Source of the DNA: an uncultured archaeon
GTDB lineage: Archaea > Asgardarchaeota > Lokiarchaeia > Sigyniarchaeales > SOKP01
Length of the DNA stretch: 18,897 nt
NCBI GenBank assembly: GCA_964583985.1
Contig: CAZOYD010000049.1
Location: 1-18,897, forward strand
Reading direction: 5' to 3'
Shown: one piece after another, positions 16,605 through 18,897 of the stretch
Numbering within the stretch: position 1 is the first letter of the stretch
How the letters are laid out: every line of letters begins with the position of its first letter
Position numbers and translations under genes: made by a program
Notes under the pieces: model-generated
Told to the model about the DNA's origin: nothing
Database searches by the model: none
The model's input: only the letters and a program-made list of their open reading frames with translations

Positions 16605-17639
16605 TTATAATAAATCATTTGATATTTTTTTGAAATAAAACTCTATGTTGTGTCCAGTTAATGCAGAAGATTCAAAATAATCAACGTCCAATGCTTTTGC
16701 AAGTCTAATTCCATCTATTACGCTAACAATCCTGTCTTTAATCAAATCGATTTTATTTCCTATTAGATAACCTTTAATCTGCGACTTTTTTCCAAGATAA
16801 CTCACAATGTCTTCATGCCATTTTGGTATTTTTGCAAACGATTTTGCATTAGTAAGATCAAATAATAAAATATACGCACTTGCACCCTCATAAAATTGTT
16901 TTCTTATCGTTTCAAAATGAGTTTGTCCACCTACATCCCATAATATTAACTCTAAGGAATTTTTATTTACTTTAAATCTTTTTTGGGTTATATTTAATCC
17001 CATTGTTGGAATATAAGCACGTAGAAAAACATTATCCGTAAACCGTAAGATACTAGACGTTTTACCGACACTGGGATCTCCTAAAATGACTACTTTAAAT
17101 TTGGATTGAGGTTCTATTTGCAAATCGGTATCTGTTGGAGAATCTTGAAAATCTTGTGATTTTAACAAAAATTGACTTTTTGAATGTAAATAATCAGTGG
17201 ATTCGATGAGTGTATCTTTTAACTTGACGATTTCAGCGAAAATCGTTTGAGAGTCGTTCATATTCGTCTCAAGCTCTTTAATATTTTTTATTGTATCGGA
17301 GAAATAAGAATCAATATAGCTCATGTATCTATAATAAATCACATCATTTTCTTGAGAAAATACAAATATTAATGCCGATCGCCTTGGAATTTCTTGTCCT
17401 GACGATTCTTGTCTCTCAAAATATTTAATCAGCATTTTTGATTTCAATGAGGGTAGGGGGAATACTAAAAGCACTTCAGGTATAAAAGTCATATCTTCAG
17501 AAATAATAGAACTACACTTCATGGCAATCAATGATCTCATATGTTCTGGAAGTTCATGGGGATACCAAAAATTGATTTTTGGTTCACTTGATCCATTTAA
17601 ATCAATGTATATTATTGCTGATGAATATGTCGGAAGCAT
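16605..17639 (-). CDS. Rab-like small GTPase with N-terminal uDENN/longin-like domain
   Basis: G1 GDPSVGKTS, G2 YIPT, G3 WDVGGQ, G4 NKID, G5 ESSA. N-terminal region of about 150 aa (AIIY...P..FWYP...FPLPSL..MLIKYF...SALIFVF) is alpha/beta. No C-terminal Cys prenylation motif. Confidence 0.9.
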   Translation of the reverse strand: MLPTYSSAIIYIDLNGSSEPKINFWYPHELPEHMRSLIAMKCSSIISEDMTFIPEVLLVFPLPSLKSKMLIKYFERQESSGQEIPRRSALIFVFSQENDVIYYRYMSYIDSYFSDTIKNIKELETNMNDSQTIFAEIVKLKDTLIESTDYLHSKSQFLLKSQDFQDSPTDTDLQIEPQSKFKVVILGDPSVGKTSSILRFTDNVFLRAYIPTMGLNITQKRFKVNKNSLELILWDVGGQTHFETIRKQFYEGASAYILLFDLTNAKSFAKIPKWHEDIVSYLGKKSQIKGYLIGNKIDLIKDRIVSVIDGIRLAKALDVDYFESSALTGHNIEFYFKKISNDLL

Positions 17640-17824
17640 TCTTCATTAATACACTCTTAATAGTTCTGAAATAATTAATCTGATTAATTTTATTCTGACA
17701 TATAAAAGATACCATTCAAATGATATAAAACATGTGGTTTAAAGAATATAGCGTGTCTATAAGAGTAAGATATATAAGTAAAGTTATATCATTGTATAAA
17801 TTCATTTAAGATTTTATTTATCCT

Positions 17825-17834
17825 AACCTTAATT
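17825..17834 (+). promoter_or_regulatory. AACCTTAATT motif, copy 3
   Basis: Lies 78 nt upstream of the PDO gene; shares CTAACCTTAATT (12 nt) with copy 1. Confidence 0.3.
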
Positions 17835-17912
17835 GAATCAATTCAATATTATAATTTAAAGAAAAAACTATTATAAGAGTAGGATTCCCTATGAATACTA
17901 GATTATCGAGAA

Positions 17913-18617
17913 ATGGGTGATGAAGTGTTATTTTCTGAAAATGAATTGAATAATATAAAAATTGAACTGAGTAAATTAAAAAACAAGGTTACATTAAAAC
18001 TTTTCACGGATTTTAAAACTCAGGAAGACGGTACAAAAAAACGGATGTGCATGGCTTGTGAGGGGACACATGATCTATTAAAGACCCTTTCAGAGCTTTC
18101 AGATGGTAAATTGGATCATGAAGAGATATCAACAGAGGAGAATAAAGAAATAACAAAACAATATAACGTGAATCGAATTCCTGCGATTCTCTTTGTTGAT
18201 GAAAATGGAAAAGAGATAATCAGATACTCAGCTAGTCCTTCAGGCTCAGAATTCGTGCCTTTCCTTAATAGCATTCAATATTTTTCTGGAGTGAGACCTT
18301 TTTATACTGACCAAATTCAATCCCATCTTAAAAAAATTACTCAATCAAATATGAAGATCTTTATCACCCCAACGTGTCCATATTGTCCCGCAACCGTGCC
18401 TGTAGTGACTTTATTCGCCATAGTCTCTAAAGGAAAAATAACAGCTGAAGTAATTGATGTAAATTTAAATCCAGATATGGCAATGAAATATCAAGTTCAA
18501 GGAGTTCCACATACGGTTGTTAATGAAAAAGAAAACATCTATGGAATGTTTTCACCTCAAGATTTATTAGATAGACTAACAAAAGGCCAACGAGATTTTG
18601 GTGGCATGTATGCCTAA
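17913..18617 (+). CDS. Protein-disulfide oxidoreductase (PDO / AhpF N-terminal-domain-like; two thioredoxin folds)
   Basis: CMAC and TPTCPYCP active sites, cis-Pro motifs RIP and GVP, and P.G.EF..F linker. Confidence 0.92.
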   Translation: MGDEVLFSENELNNIKIELSKLKNKVTLKLFTDFKTQEDGTKKRMCMACEGTHDLLKTLSELSDGKLDHEEISTEENKEITKQYNVNRIPAILFVDENGKEIIRYSASPSGSEFVPFLNSIQYFSGVRPFYTDQIQSHLKKITQSNMKIFITPTCPYCPATVPVVTLFAIVSKGKITAEVIDVNLNPDMAMKYQVQGVPHTVVNEKENIYGMFSPQDLLDRLTKGQRDFGGMYA

Positions 18618-18643
18618 AAAAATTACAAAAAGGGGGGATTAAA

Positions 18644-18897
18644 ATGTCTCAAGATGATAAATATCGAGAAATAATCAAGCAGGAAATGGCTAAATTAAAA
18701 AGACCCGTGAAGTTAAAGGTTTTTACATCTCAAAGCGCTCGAGCTGATGGGACCAAAATTAGGGCTTGCATGGATTGCGGTCAATTCATGTCTTTATTAA
18801 AAGTGTATGAAGAAAATTCAAATAACTTGCTAACGATCGAAGAATTATCAATTGATGAAAATTCCGAATTTGCAGAACGATATGATATTCAACGTGT
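18644..18897 (+). CDS. Second PDO-like thioredoxin-fold protein (partial; runs off the window)
   Basis: Not in the ORF track. MSQDDKYREIIKQEMAKLKRPVKLKVFTSQSARADGTKIRACMDCGQF...YDIQR. Aligns with the upstream PDO N-terminus; preceded by AGGGGGG. Confidence 0.85.
   Translation, partial: MSQDDKYREIIKQEMAKLKRPVKLKVFTSQSARADGTKIRACMDCGQFMSLLKVYEENSNNLLTIEELSIDENSEFAERYDIQR

Noticed and set aside
11198-18897. Selenocysteine (in-frame TGA) recoding in the redox genes
   Set aside because: All active-site positions seen are Cys codons in uninterrupted ORFs, and the complete redox ORFs end in TAA.

Overview
AT-rich archaeal chromosomal window, most likely from an Asgard archaeon (Lokiarchaeia/Promethearchaeota-like). 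This is inferred from its eukaryotic-signature-type genes: an alpha-SNAP-like TPR protein, a longin/roadblock multidomain protein, and a Rab-like GTPase with an N-terminal uDENN/longin-like domain. Left half: HAD phosphatase (truncated by the window edge), SNAP-like protein, an unannotated MoaD/ThiS/SAMP ubiquitin-like gene ending GG-F, RNase Z, a long coiled-coil protein, a LolD/FtsX-type ABC pair, a stand-alone corrinoid protein and a GPH-family MFS transporter. Right half (about 11.2-18.9 kb): a dense thiol/Fe-S redox cluster (glutaredoxin, ferredoxin-thioredoxin reductase catalytic subunit, a small Cys peptide, two tandem CCG-domain Fe-S proteins, two tandem protein-disulfide oxidoreductases). 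It is interleaved on the opposite strand with a His-bearing membrane domain fused to a V4R/Bet3-like domain, the longin/roadblock protein and the uDENN-Rab fusion, which together form a candidate redox-to-small-GTPase signalling locus. Also seen: two probable ATA start codons, two structured intergenic elements and a repeated upstream motif. No rRNA, tRNA, CRISPR or transposase was recognised. All family calls are by motif recognition only, with no database search.
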